NCBI GenBank assembly: GCA_963675525.2
Contig: CAXXSL010000020.1
Coordinates: 32,001 to 96,000, forward strand
Direction of reading: 5' to 3'
Source of the DNA: Anaerohalosphaeraceae bacterium
GTDB lineage: Bacteria > Planctomycetota > Phycisphaerae > Sedimentisphaerales > Anaerohalosphaeraceae
DNA: 64,000 bases
The position numbers and the translations under genes were made by a program. The notes beneath the pieces are model-generated. The model did no database searches. It was not told the origin of the DNA and saw nothing but the letters and a program-made list of their open reading frames with translations. Below, piece after piece: positions 35,876 through 45,622 of this stretch (the stretch's first letter is position 1; each line of letters opens with the position of its first letter).

Positions 35876-37570
35876 TTATTTTTCGCCAGCCAGGACCTCG
35901 GCAATGTTAAACGCATGGTCCTTGATACGCCTATAGGCTGTCAGCATATCCGTGTAAATCAGGCTCATCAAAGGAGACACAACACAATCACCAACGCGTA
36001 CCAAATGCCGATCCCGGCATTCCTTCATCAGATTGGTCACGGCCAAGCCTTTGGTCCGCATCTCGCTGAAATAGTCCGAAGAATCATCTTCCCGTGAAAT
36101 ACCTTCATCGATCAGATTGATGTATTCTTCAACGCTTTCGTGCAGATCTATTAAATCTTTCAGTCCGCCCTCGCTGAATTGAAGCCCGGTATTGCGCATT
36201 TTCAATCGCAGTTTCAGCAGACCCTCAACATAGTCGCTGATCGACTCCAGTTCATCAGCCATGCGCAAATGACTGCTGGCGTCCTGCATCACCTCATGCG
36301 TAATATTGCCGGCCATCATGTCCCCGATAAATTCGACAATTTCCTTCTGGATGACGTCAAGGTCATTCTCTTTCCGGAAGATGTCCCGGGCTAAATCCCG
36401 ATCGGGTTCATCATTTGACAACATCCGCTTGAATGATTGTATCATATCTCTGGACATCCGTGCCATTTTGATCAGTTCCTTATACGACTGCTCGACCGCA
36501 ATTGCCGGCGTGTCCAGCATCCGCACATTCAGATACGTCAATCGCGGTTTTTCCGTTGTTCTTTCGGGAACAAGCCAGATTAAAAATCGCGTATAAATGC
36601 CCACCCATGGCAAAAAGACCAGCATATTCAGAATTTTAAAACCGGTGTGTGTGACGGCAATCGCTTTCTCCGCATTGGGATAAGTCGCCGAGATATCGGT
36701 ATACACCGCCACGTCGGGCAATTCGCAGCCTAAAAATGTGGTTGTAAACCAGACGACGCCTTTCGTATAGATAAAAAACAGCGGGAAAATCCACAGAACA
36801 CCCAGTATGTTAAAAATAACATGGGCATAGGCCGCCCGCTTGGCATTTGTGATGGTACCCAACGACGCCAGAACCGGCGTGATGGTCGTCCCGATATTCT
36901 CACCCAGAATCAATCCCGCTGCCGTGGGGAAATTGATAATTCCCGTTCCGGCCAATGCCATCGTAATGCCCACCGTCGCTGATGAGGACTGTATGATGGC
37001 GGTGACCGCCGCTCCGACCATAATACATTTGACAACCCCCCAGTAACTGTCGGCCTGAAACCGGCTGAACCAGGCCACGAATTCCGGCATGTTTTTTATC
37101 GGAGACAATCCCTGTTTCATCAGTTCCAAACCGAAGAAGACCATTCCAAGCCCCAGAACAAAGACGGCGATGAATCGAATGCGGTCCGATTTTGAAAACA
37201 GGTAAAAGAGGGCTGAAAAACCGATGATTGGAAGACCGTATTGTTCAAGACTGTAGGCCATGATCCAGGCAGTTATCGTGGTGCCGACGTTGGCTCCTAC
37301 AATAATCCCTATCGCCTGTTTGAGCGTCATCAACCCGGCATTGACCATGCCGACCACCATGACCGTTGCTACAGAACTGGACTGAATAAGCCCCGTCACC
37401 GCTGCGCCGGCTCCTACACCCATCAGCCGGTTATCCGTCGCAAGACCGATGAGCTTTCGCATTCTCTCCCCGGCGACGGCCTGCATCCCATCGGACATGT
37501 TTTTCATACCCAGAAGAAAGATACCCAGACCGCCAAACACATGGAAGATAATCGTAATGGCCTGCGGCAT
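35876..37570 (-). CDS. Na/Pi cotransporter family protein with PhoU-like C-terminus (paralog 1)
   Basis: GGLGIFLLGM, IQSSS twice, GANVGTT / GENIGTT, ADELESISD, RRIKDH. Confidence 0.92.
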   Translation of the reverse strand: MPQAITIIFHVFGGLGIFLLGMKNMSDGMQAVAGERMRKLIGLATDNRLMGVGAGAAVTGLIQSSSVATVMVVGMVNAGLMTLKQAIGIIVGANVGTTITAWIMAYSLEQYGLPIIGFSALFYLFSKSDRIRFIAVFVLGLGMVFFGLELMKQGLSPIKNMPEFVAWFSRFQADSYWGVVKCIMVGAAVTAIIQSSSATVGITMALAGTGIINFPTAAGLILGENIGTTITPVLASLGTITNAKRAAYAHVIFNILGVLWIFPLFFIYTKGVVWFTTTFLGCELPDVAVYTDISATYPNAEKAIAVTHTGFKILNMLVFLPWVGIYTRFLIWLVPERTTEKPRLTYLNVRMLDTPAIAVEQSYKELIKMARMSRDMIQSFKRMLSNDEPDRDLARDIFRKENDLDVIQKEIVEFIGDMMAGNITHEVMQDASSHLRMADELESISDYVEGLLKLRLKMRNTGLQFSEGGLKDLIDLHESVEEYINLIDEGISREDDSSDYFSEMRTKGLAVTNLMKECRDRHLVRVGDCVVSPLMSLIYTDMLTAYRRIKDHAFNIAEVLAGEK

Positions 37571-37714
37571 AGCACACTCTCAATAGGGTTTCAGTCGGAT
37601 CGAAACGATTTTCGGGAAATATAACCTAAACCTGAGAATACAGTCAAGTATAATATTCAACTCGCCTCAGGGCAAATCGAATGACGTGTAGATAGAATGG
37701 CTCGATATTTCGGG

Positions 37715-39604
37715 TTATTTTTCGCCCGCTAACACCTCGGCGATATTATAAGCATGGTCCTTGATGCGCCGATAGGCTGTCAGCATATCCGTGTAAATCA
37801 GGCTCATCAAAGGAGACACAACCCCGTCACCGACACGTCCCAAATGCCGCTCGCGGCATTCCTTCATCAAATTGGTGATGGCCAGCCCCTTGGTTCGCAT
37901 CTCGCTGAAATAGTCCGGCGAATTATCCTCCCGTGAAATGCCTTCATTGATCAGATTAATGTATTCTTCCACTTTTTCATGCAGACTGACCAAATCCTTT
38001 AATCCGCCCTCACTGAATTGAAGCTCCGTATTGCGCATCTTCAGCCGCAGTTTCAGCAGACTCTGGATATAATCGCTGATGGACTCCAGTTCGTCAGCCA
38101 TACGCAAATGAGCGCTGGCATCCTGCATCACCTCATGCGTGATGTTACCAGCCATCATGTCCCCGATAAACTCAACGATCTCCTTCTGGATCATATCGAG
38201 GTCGTTTTCCTGCTTGAATATCTTTTCGGAGGTCTGTCGGTTCGGCTCATCGTTAGACAGCATCCCCTTGAATGACCGCATCATGTCATCGGCATCGTGC
38301 CCCATCTTGATCAGTTCTTTATACGACTGCTCAATGGCAATCGCCGGCGTATCCAGCATCCGCACATTCAGATAGGTCAACCGCGGCTTTTCCGCCACTT
38401 TGTCCGGCACCAGCCATACCAGGAACTTCGCCATGAATCCGATAAACGGCAGAAACAGCAGCGTATTGGCAATATTAAATCCCGAATGCGTAAATGCGAT
38501 CGCCGGTTGCGTAAAGGGATACTCTACGCCATGCGTGGTATAAAGCGGCAAATCCGGCAACCGATGTTTGTCGACAAATTTCTCTAAATCGCTTGCCAGT
38601 ACATACGATGTTTCATCCTCCAGAGTTTCGTCCAGACTGTTAACATGCCGCCCATCCGCATCGGGAAAGTACAAAACGGTTTCAGGAATACGGCACACTC
38701 CCGCGTAATCCTTGATCTTCGTATCATTACGGTCCTGGACCACAATGGCGGAGATATCGCAGATTTGTGTTTTTGTGATGATCCGTGAGATCAAATTCGT
38801 ATATGGAACGAACAACAGCGTGATCCAGAAGACCCCGATGACATTAAACGCTACGTGGGCATACGCCGCCCGTCGGGCATTTGTGAAAGCCCCGAGCGAT
38901 GCTAAAAACGCCGTAATCGTTGTGCCGATGTTTTCACCCAGAATCAATGCCGCAGCGGTCATGTAATCGATTGTTCCCGTCAGCGCCAGTGCCATCGTGA
39001 TACCCAGTGTCGCCGAAGACGACTGTACGATTGCCGTCAGCAGCGCCCCCGCCAGCACGCATTTCCACACACCCCAATACGTATCAGGAGTGAAACGGTG
39101 GAACCATTCCACAAACCCCTGCATCTCCTTGATTGGGGCAAATCCGTTCTTCATTAGTTCCAGCCCGAAAAACACCATCCCCAGGCCCATCAGAAACATT
39201 GCGAAAAACCGAATTGTGTCCTTTTTCGAAAACAGGTAGAAAAACGCGGAAATTCCCAACAGCGGCAGGCCGTACTTGCCGATCTTGACGACCAGAATCC
39301 AGCCGGTAATCGTCGTGCCAATATTCGCTCCCAGTATCACCCCGATTGCCTGCGTTAGCGTCATAATGCTGGCGTTGACCATCCCGACGACCATGACTGT
39401 TGTTACGGAACTGGACTGAATGATACACGTTACCAGTGTGCCGACGCCGCTGGCCATCAGCCGGTTGTTCGTCACCGCCCCGATAAGCTTACGAAGCCGC
39501 TCCCCTGCTACGGCCTGCATGCCTTCGGACATGTTTTTCATGCCCAGAAGAAAAATTCCCAGCCCGCCGCACACTTGAAAAAGGATCTCAAAAGTCTGCC
39601 CCAT
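37715..39604 (-). CDS. Na/Pi cotransporter family protein (paralog 2, with a ~65-aa insertion)
   Basis: Same motifs as paralog 1. ATG at 39604 preceded by GAGG. Confidence 0.92.
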   Translation of the reverse strand: MGQTFEILFQVCGGLGIFLLGMKNMSEGMQAVAGERLRKLIGAVTNNRLMASGVGTLVTCIIQSSSVTTVMVVGMVNASIMTLTQAIGVILGANIGTTITGWILVVKIGKYGLPLLGISAFFYLFSKKDTIRFFAMFLMGLGMVFFGLELMKNGFAPIKEMQGFVEWFHRFTPDTYWGVWKCVLAGALLTAIVQSSSATLGITMALALTGTIDYMTAAALILGENIGTTITAFLASLGAFTNARRAAYAHVAFNVIGVFWITLLFVPYTNLISRIITKTQICDISAIVVQDRNDTKIKDYAGVCRIPETVLYFPDADGRHVNSLDETLEDETSYVLASDLEKFVDKHRLPDLPLYTTHGVEYPFTQPAIAFTHSGFNIANTLLFLPFIGFMAKFLVWLVPDKVAEKPRLTYLNVRMLDTPAIAIEQSYKELIKMGHDADDMMRSFKGMLSNDEPNRQTSEKIFKQENDLDMIQKEIVEFIGDMMAGNITHEVMQDASAHLRMADELESISDYIQSLLKLRLKMRNTELQFSEGGLKDLVSLHEKVEEYINLINEGISREDNSPDYFSEMRTKGLAITNLMKECRERHLGRVGDGVVSPLMSLIYTDMLTAYRRIKDHAYNIAEVLAGEK

Positions 39605-39748
39605 AACGAAATAATCCTCAATAATCCATGTTAAAATTTTGTTAATACCGGACAAATTTTACGGTTTCACGCGGAGTTATAACCGCTCAAACATGAAAGT
39701 CAAGAACAAACCCCAAAACTGCATTATTGTGCTAATATTCACACTTTT

Positions 39749-39780
39749 TGTCATTCCGAGCTAAAAGCGAGGAATCTATT
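39749..39780. repeat. REP-like element (GTCATTCC...GGAATC family)
   Basis: TGTCATTCCGAGCTAAAAGCGAGGAATCTATT, matching 1212-1242 at both ends. Confidence 0.75.
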
Positions 39781-39834
39781 ATTTCAGCCGGGGCGAAGCC
39801 GCTTCCATACTAAAATTGAAAATCTCTGTTGGTC

Positions 39835-40698
39835 TCATTCTTCCTTCGCCTGCAACTCCACCCACACAAGATAATGATCCGACACCGCCGGGACGATTCC
39901 CGCCGTATAGATGCCGCTGTTAATATATTCCTCGTATGTGTCCTCATTGAGTATGATTCTATCGTACGCACAATCCGTCGCGGCCACCGTCGTATCCTGC
40001 TCGTCTTCGATCAGCCAGTGCCACCCGATAAAGTCGTCCGCTGTAGTGGGCTCGTAATAATCGCAATCCGCATTCAGGTCGCCCATTACCACGACATTTC
40101 CGCCAGCCGTAACCACATCTTCCAGATGACTGATTTCACTGTCCGCATCGTCCGGCTTGGTATGAATGTTGTAAACCGTTAATGGATACCCGCCGATTGA
40201 AAATGTAACCGCCACAGGCGGCCGTTCCCACCGGTCCGCAGTATCCGGGTTCAGGTCGGCGAATTCAACGATCTCTATGCCATTCCGGCAGATGACCCCG
40301 TACTGCTCTTTACTGGGGCTCCGCCCCGCCCGGCTTGAAACCATGCAGTCATAATCCTCAAGCAACGCGCACAGCGATTCAAAAGCCGTCTGGGACTTGT
40401 CCCGGATCTCCTGTACAAAGATAATGTCGTAGTCGTCGATGATGTCCGCGTAAACCGCCATCAGCGCCGCATCAGCCGCCTTCGTTTTCCCAAAGATATG
40501 AAGGTTCCAGTTGGCAATACGGACGGTATCACCCGAAAACGCCTCGTAGACCGCCATTTCCTCCGGCTCATCTGTCATTGTTTCCGGTAACACCGCTTCA
40601 GCAGGTTCCGGAAATTTCTCCCCAGGCGTACAGCCCGCAACGAGACAAAAACAAAACAACCCAGCAACCCCCATCAGAATAAACATAAGCTGCTTCAT
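39835..40698 (-). CDS. DNase I-like endonuclease/exonuclease/phosphatase-family lipoprotein
   Basis: Lipobox LVAGC. ANWNLHIFG, VQEIRD, KEQY, IHTKP, MGDLNADC, AYDRII, VSDHY. Confidence 0.88.
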   Translation of the reverse strand: MKQLMFILMGVAGLFCFCLVAGCTPGEKFPEPAEAVLPETMTDEPEEMAVYEAFSGDTVRIANWNLHIFGKTKAADAALMAVYADIIDDYDIIFVQEIRDKSQTAFESLCALLEDYDCMVSSRAGRSPSKEQYGVICRNGIEIVEFADLNPDTADRWERPPVAVTFSIGGYPLTVYNIHTKPDDADSEISHLEDVVTAGGNVVVMGDLNADCDYYEPTTADDFIGWHWLIEDEQDTTVAATDCAYDRIILNEDTYEEYINSGIYTAGIVPAVSDHYLVWVELQAKEE

Positions 40699-40801
40699 TT
40701 TTCCGCCCTTTAACAATTGATTTGCCGAGTCCTTGAATAAAATTATACCCGTCATTTCCCCCCGAAAAAAAGACAAAACCAAAAAACTCCCCACAGCGCA
40801 C

Positions 40802-40834
40802 AAAAAAGGCCGACGGATTAAATCCGCCAGCCTT
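40802..40834 (-). terminator. Intrinsic terminator after the aminotransferase gene
   Basis: AAGGCTGGCGGAT-TTA-ATCCGTCGGCC followed by T6. Confidence 0.75.
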
Positions 40835-40852
40835 GAATTTACTGATCACTGT

Positions 40853-41971
40853 TCACTGACTTGCCAGTTTGCAGAGGATCTCGATGCCCTCATCGAGTTT
40901 TTCATCAGTGGCAACATAGCTGAGTCTAAAATGCGTATCCTGTTCGCTGAACACATTGCCCGGGATGATGAGGACATTGTTTTCGATGGCCTTTTTGACG
41001 AACTCCGTTGCGTTAGCATAGCCGTCCGGTGCCTTAATAAACATATAGAACGCCCCGCCGGGCTTGATGATATCAAAGCATTTGCCTAACCCCGCTAACA
41101 TACGGTCGCGTTTTTTGCGATAATTATCGACATAGCTGCTGATATCCGCATCCAGTGCCGTTATGATCGCCATCTGGAACGGCGTCGGTGCGCAGACAAA
41201 CGTGTACTGCTGAATCATCAGCATTTTTTCCAGCAGCGGCGCCAGTTTTTCCGAGACGGTCGCATACCCCAGTCGCCAACCGGTCATCGCATAGCTTTTA
41301 CTGAATCCCTTGAGAACCAGGGTCTTGTCATAATAGGCGCCGACATTGGCGGCTTTGGCGTCGTAGCTGAATTCCTCGTAAATCTCATCGCTCATGATAA
41401 TAATATCATGTTTGCGGGCCACTTCGACAATCGCCTTGATTTCCGCTTCCGTATAAACAATCCCGGTCGGATTGGCGGGCGAATTCAGGATGATCAGCTT
41501 TGTTTTGTCGGTGATCGCCGCTTCAACCTTATCGGCACCCAATCGGAAGTCCGGATATGTATTGACATACACGCATTTTCCGCCGAGCATGTTAATGACA
41601 TGTTTATAAATGACAAAATACGGGTCGGAGATGATGATCTCGTCGCCGGGATTGATCAACGCCATAAATGCCAGCAGCAGCGCCCCGCTGACCCCGTCAG
41701 TAATCATCAGCGGCGGGTTATCCCAGCCGTAGTCGGCGCTGGTTTTATTTTTCAGACGCTGGACCACCTCCGCCTGTCCGGCCGTTTGCGAGTACTTATT
41801 GAATCCCTTGCGGATGGCGTCAATCGCTGCTTCTTTGATCGTCTCCGGCACATCGAAATCCGGCTGTCCGATCGAAAGATTCACCGGGTCATCCAATTTT
41901 GCCGCCAGCGCAAAAACTTTCCGAATGCCGCTGGCATCGATTAATTTTGTGCGATCTGCAAGATAATCCAT
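40853..41971 (-). CDS. PLP-dependent aminotransferase class I/II
   Basis: LSIGQPDF, NSPANPTG, SDEIY, GFSKSYAMTGWRLG, PGGAFY. Confidence 0.92.
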   Translation of the reverse strand: MDYLADRTKLIDASGIRKVFALAAKLDDPVNLSIGQPDFDVPETIKEAAIDAIRKGFNKYSQTAGQAEVVQRLKNKTSADYGWDNPPLMITDGVSGALLLAFMALINPGDEIIISDPYFVIYKHVINMLGGKCVYVNTYPDFRLGADKVEAAITDKTKLIILNSPANPTGIVYTEAEIKAIVEVARKHDIIIMSDEIYEEFSYDAKAANVGAYYDKTLVLKGFSKSYAMTGWRLGYATVSEKLAPLLEKMLMIQQYTFVCAPTPFQMAIITALDADISSYVDNYRKKRDRMLAGLGKCFDIIKPGGAFYMFIKAPDGYANATEFVKKAIENNVLIIPGNVFSEQDTHFRLSYVATDEKLDEGIEILCKLASQ

Positions 41972-42073
41972 TGTTCCATCCCTTCATTGGCTTAAATTGT
42001 TCCGCGCATAGCATTGCCGCTTGTACAACGTGACGACAGGTACAGAGCGGCAAGGTTATTGGCGTTAATCAAT

Positions 42074-42241
42074 CTATTTTACACTGGCTTTGCGGTGTGC
42101 CACTTTCGGCAACCCGGTTACCTTGTCGCCATCCTGCCAGCGTTCCTCGCTCTTTAGAACCTTAACCCGCTCTTCACGTGAAAGAACATTACGATGACGC
42201 TTCAGCGCCCCTTTGACTCTTAACGAACGATCAATAGACAT
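42074..42241 (-). CDS. PVC superphylum small basic signature protein (55 aa; absent from the ORF track)
   Basis: MSIDRSLRVKGALKRHRNVLSREERVKVLKSEERWQDGDKVTGLPKVAHRKASVK, with AGGAG RBS. RNVL.R.ER...W...GLPKV pattern. Confidence 0.88.
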   Translation of the reverse strand: MSIDRSLRVKGALKRHRNVLSREERVKVLKSEERWQDGDKVTGLPKVAHRKASVK

Positions 42242-42277
42242 TTACTTTCTCCTGATATTGTTACAAACTTACAATTC

Positions 42278-43030
42278 TTATTTTTTTAATGGATACGCAT
42301 CCTGAAACGGCTTGACGCCGAATTTTGTATCTCCGGTTTCGTCTGGGTAAGCGGCTCCCAACTGCTTGATCCGCAGCCAAAGACGATACCCCTCGGTCCC
42401 CTCCCGCCTGGGGTTGTAATCAAATCCCGCCCGGGTTACCAACAAACTGTATTCACTGCGTTCAATGATCTCTGTCTCAATGCCTTTTTTGCCAAAAAAA
42501 GTCTTTATCGGGTCCAGTTTGTCTTTCTGGGTCGACGGAATCTGCTGAATCACAATGACATTTGCACCGGTCGATACGGCAGGTTTTGGCGGTTGAGCCG
42601 GAGTTTGGGAAACACTTTCCGTCTTTTTTCGACCCAAACTAAAGAATCCCGAATCGTCTTGCTTTTGTTGGGGAACAACCTTTTCCGGTTGTTCACGTTG
42701 TATTTCTGCCGGCGTTTGCTGACCGAACGACGATTCGACCGGTTGGGTTTCATCCGAACCTTTGAAGCCCCGGATAATCCAAACTCCAAGAAACATAATA
42801 ACAGCGATTGCCGCCGCAGAAAGCCCAATCCGCACTTTAGTCTGACTCGAAATCCCGCGAGATTTTTCTTTACTTATAAAAAGAGCTGACTTGTCCTGAA
42901 CCTGTGGCGGCTTCTTGCCGCTATTAAGTCCATTTGAACGCATTTGTCCTGTTTCAAGGCCCTCAGCAATCTTTGCCTGTCCCTGGCGAATTGCCTCATA
43001 TAATGCCATCCGTTTTGATTTCCGGGCCAT
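42278..43030 (-). CDS. Hypothetical single-pass membrane protein
   Basis: Basic N-terminus, one TM helix (IGLSAAAIAVIMFLGVWII), Q/P-rich linker, globular C-terminal domain. Confidence 0.75.
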   Translation of the reverse strand: MARKSKRMALYEAIRQGQAKIAEGLETGQMRSNGLNSGKKPPQVQDKSALFISKEKSRGISSQTKVRIGLSAAAIAVIMFLGVWIIRGFKGSDETQPVESSFGQQTPAEIQREQPEKVVPQQKQDDSGFFSLGRKKTESVSQTPAQPPKPAVSTGANVIVIQQIPSTQKDKLDPIKTFFGKKGIETEIIERSEYSLLVTRAGFDYNPRREGTEGYRLWLRIKQLGAAYPDETGDTKFGVKPFQDAYPLKK

Positions 43031-43208
43031 AAGCCAAAAAAACCTCTCGGTTTATCGTACAATTTAATCTTTTATGCAGTCAGAAACCGTATAAAATCCG
43101 TTAATTCCCAAGAAATAGAACATGATAAAATAATCCAGAGAGGCTCTAAATGCAACTCTAAACTTGCTAAAAAACTATATTTTTCTACCCCTTTTCAGAT
43201 TTAATTTC

Positions 43209-43237
43209 TTGACTGATGCCGGTTTATCGGCTATATA
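43209..43237 (+). promoter_or_regulatory. sigma70-type promoter of the rpmF-plsX-fab operon
   Basis: TTGACT-N17-TATATA. Confidence 0.6.
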
Positions 43238-43373
43238 AAGCCCCTCATCAAAATTTTTTGCTTTACGACAGGACCCCTGCCTGTTATACCATTCTGCATA
43301 TACGGTACAGGCAGTTTTTTATTTGGTTATTGTGTAAGAATCAGTACGGAAATTTATGGAGAGTTAGAACGAT

Positions 43374-43562
43374 ATGCTTCCAGTAAAGAAGACCAGTAAA
43401 TCCAGGACTCGCACACGGCGCAGTCACCACCGGTTGAGCCCGGTGAATTATTCACTGTGTAAAAAATGCAGTGCCGCTAAACTTCCGCATGCGGCGTGCG
43501 GGCAGTGTGGTTATGTTAATGAACAGATTTCTTTGAATCTTGCAGAGAAGGCTGAAGACTAA
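43374..43562 (+). CDS. rpmF: 50S ribosomal protein L32
   Basis: PVKKTSKSRTRTRRSH, CKKC...PHAACGQCG. Lies upstream of plsX. Confidence 0.95.
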   Translation: MLPVKKTSKSRTRTRRSHHRLSPVNYSLCKKCSAAKLPHAACGQCGYVNEQISLNLAEKAED

Positions 43563-43564
43563 CA

Positions 43565-44581
43565 ATGCGTATCGCAGTTGACGCTATGGGAGGCGACAAC
43601 GCACCCGGTGAGATTATTGCCGGTGTGCTGGAGGCCAAGGATGCCCTCAACGATGATGAAGATGAGTTAGTGCTCATTGGCGATGAAACCATCATTCGGT
43701 CGCAGTTGCAAAGCAAAGGTGCCTCACCGGACACTTTTCGTATATTTCATGCGCCGGAACTAATCAGCATGGACGAATCCCCTGTGGAAGCCATCCGCCG
43801 CAAGCCTAAAAGCTCTATCGCAATCATGGCTCGTTCCGCATCCCATCGCCAGGTTGACGCGGTGCTTTCAGCCGGAAACACCGGCGCCTGTGTCGCTGCT
43901 TGCCAACTTCGGATGAGAACCCTTGAAGGAGTGATGCGTCCCGGCATTGCTGTTGTTTTTCCAACCTTCTACGGCCCTGTAACCATTTGCGACGTGGGTG
44001 CGAATATTGCCTGCAGGCCTATCAATCTTTATCAATATGCTGTGATGAGCAGTATTTATGCACAGGAAATGCTCGGGATATCCAATCCGCGTATCGGGTT
44101 GATGAATATCGGCGAAGAAGACGCAAAAGGCAATGAACTGGTCAAAAAAACACGTGAGTTTCTTAAATCCGATCCCAAATTGAATTTTATCGGAAATCTT
44201 GAAGGCCGGGATATATTTGAGGGTAAATGTGATGTTGTTATTTGCGAAGGATTCCTCGGAAACGTCGTCTTGAAGCTCACTGAAGGACTTGTCGATATGA
44301 TCTTTGCCGCCCTGGCCAATGAAGTCAAAGGCCGGAACAAGTTGATGGCGTTATGGTTCAAATCTGTTGCCAAAGAGATCTTCAAGAAGTATGATTATCA
44401 TGAATACGGCGGTGCTTTGCTGCTTGGCGTCAACGGCGTATCGGTCATTTGCCACGGTTCCAGTAAATCCCGCACGATTAAAAATGCGATCCTTGCGTGC
44501 AAGAAATTTGCCGCAAAGGGTATCAATGAGAAAATAGTTGAACGTTTAACTCAAGCAACGGTGATATCGAATGGTCAATAA
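43565..44581 (+). CDS. plsX: Phosphate acyltransferase PlsX
   Basis: [46 protein letters not shown]. Confidence 0.96.
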   Translation: MRIAVDAMGGDNAPGEIIAGVLEAKDALNDDEDELVLIGDETIIRSQLQSKGASPDTFRIFHAPELISMDESPVEAIRRKPKSSIAIMARSASHRQVDAVLSAGNTGACVAACQLRMRTLEGVMRPGIAVVFPTFYGPVTICDVGANIACRPINLYQYAVMSSIYAQEMLGISNPRIGLMNIGEEDAKGNELVKKTREFLKSDPKLNFIGNLEGRDIFEGKCDVVICEGFLGNVVLKLTEGLVDMIFAALANEVKGRNKLMALWFKSVAKEIFKKYDYHEYGGALLLGVNGVSVICHGSSKSRTIKNAILACKKFAAKGINEKIVERLTQATVISNGQ

Positions 44582-45586
44582 TCCAACGGTCCAAACGCCC
44601 AAACGCCGCGCTATCCTGGCGGGTACGGGGTCTTTTGTACCAGAGAAAATTCTGACAAACGATGACTTAACGAAAATTGTTGACACCAACGACGAGTGGA
44701 TCACGACTCGTACGGGCATTAAAACCCGCCATGTAGTTTCGGCGAAGGCGAGACGACGGCCACGCTGGCTGCCGAAGCTGCTCGCAGAGCGTTAAACGAT
44801 GCGGGGATGCAGGCTGACGAGTTGGACCTGATCATCCTGGGTACCATTACGCCCGAGATGGTGTTTCCGTCAACGGCCTGTTTTGTACAGGACATGATCG
44901 GCGCCAAAAATGCCTGGGCTTTCGACCTGTCCGCCGCCTGCAGCGGTTTTGTCTATGGGCTGTCCATCGCTCAGCAGTTTGTCAGTTCCGGCCTGCACAA
45001 AAACGCATTGGTTATCGGCGCCGAAACCTTAACGCGAATTACCAATTATAAGGATCGCGGCAGTTGCATTCTGTTCGGTGACGGCGCGGGAGCCGTGATT
45101 CTCAAGTCAGCCAATGAAGGCCCACAGGGTGTGATCTACAGCACGTCGTTTTCGGACGGCAGCGGCTGGACATCTTTGAACTGCCCTGCTTACGGCTCAC
45201 GAAATCCTGTCGGCCACCCGCTGGCGGACCCGTCCCTGACGTATATGTATATTGACGGACGGGCTGTTTATCAAACCGCTGTTCGCCGAATCGTCGAACT
45301 GGTCAACGAATGCCTTGAAAAATGCGATCTTAATGTCGAAGATATCGCCATGTTCATTCCGCATCAAATGAATGCCCGGATTATCGAATCGGTCGGCAAA
45401 CGCCTCAAGTTTACCGATGATCGTATTTTTATTAATATTGACAAATATGGGAATACCTCAGCGGCATCCATTCCCATCGCACTGGATGAATGCAGGCACC
45501 TCGGTAAACTCAAGCCCGGCGACATTATTCTTCTGGTTGCGTTTGGCGGCGGGCTGACATGGGGAGCCAATGTTATCCAGGTATAA
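44571..45586 (+). CDS. fabH: 3-oxoacyl-ACP synthase III, with an apparent frameshift near 44740
   Basis: N-terminus [13 protein letters not shown] in one frame. AACSGF, FGDGAGA, PHQMN and YGNTSAAS in the next frame. Junction at CAT GTA GTT tc GGC GAA. Confidence 0.9.
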
Positions 45587-45622
45587 AAAAGGACATTATT
45601 GTTTTTTTGTGAAACAGGGACG

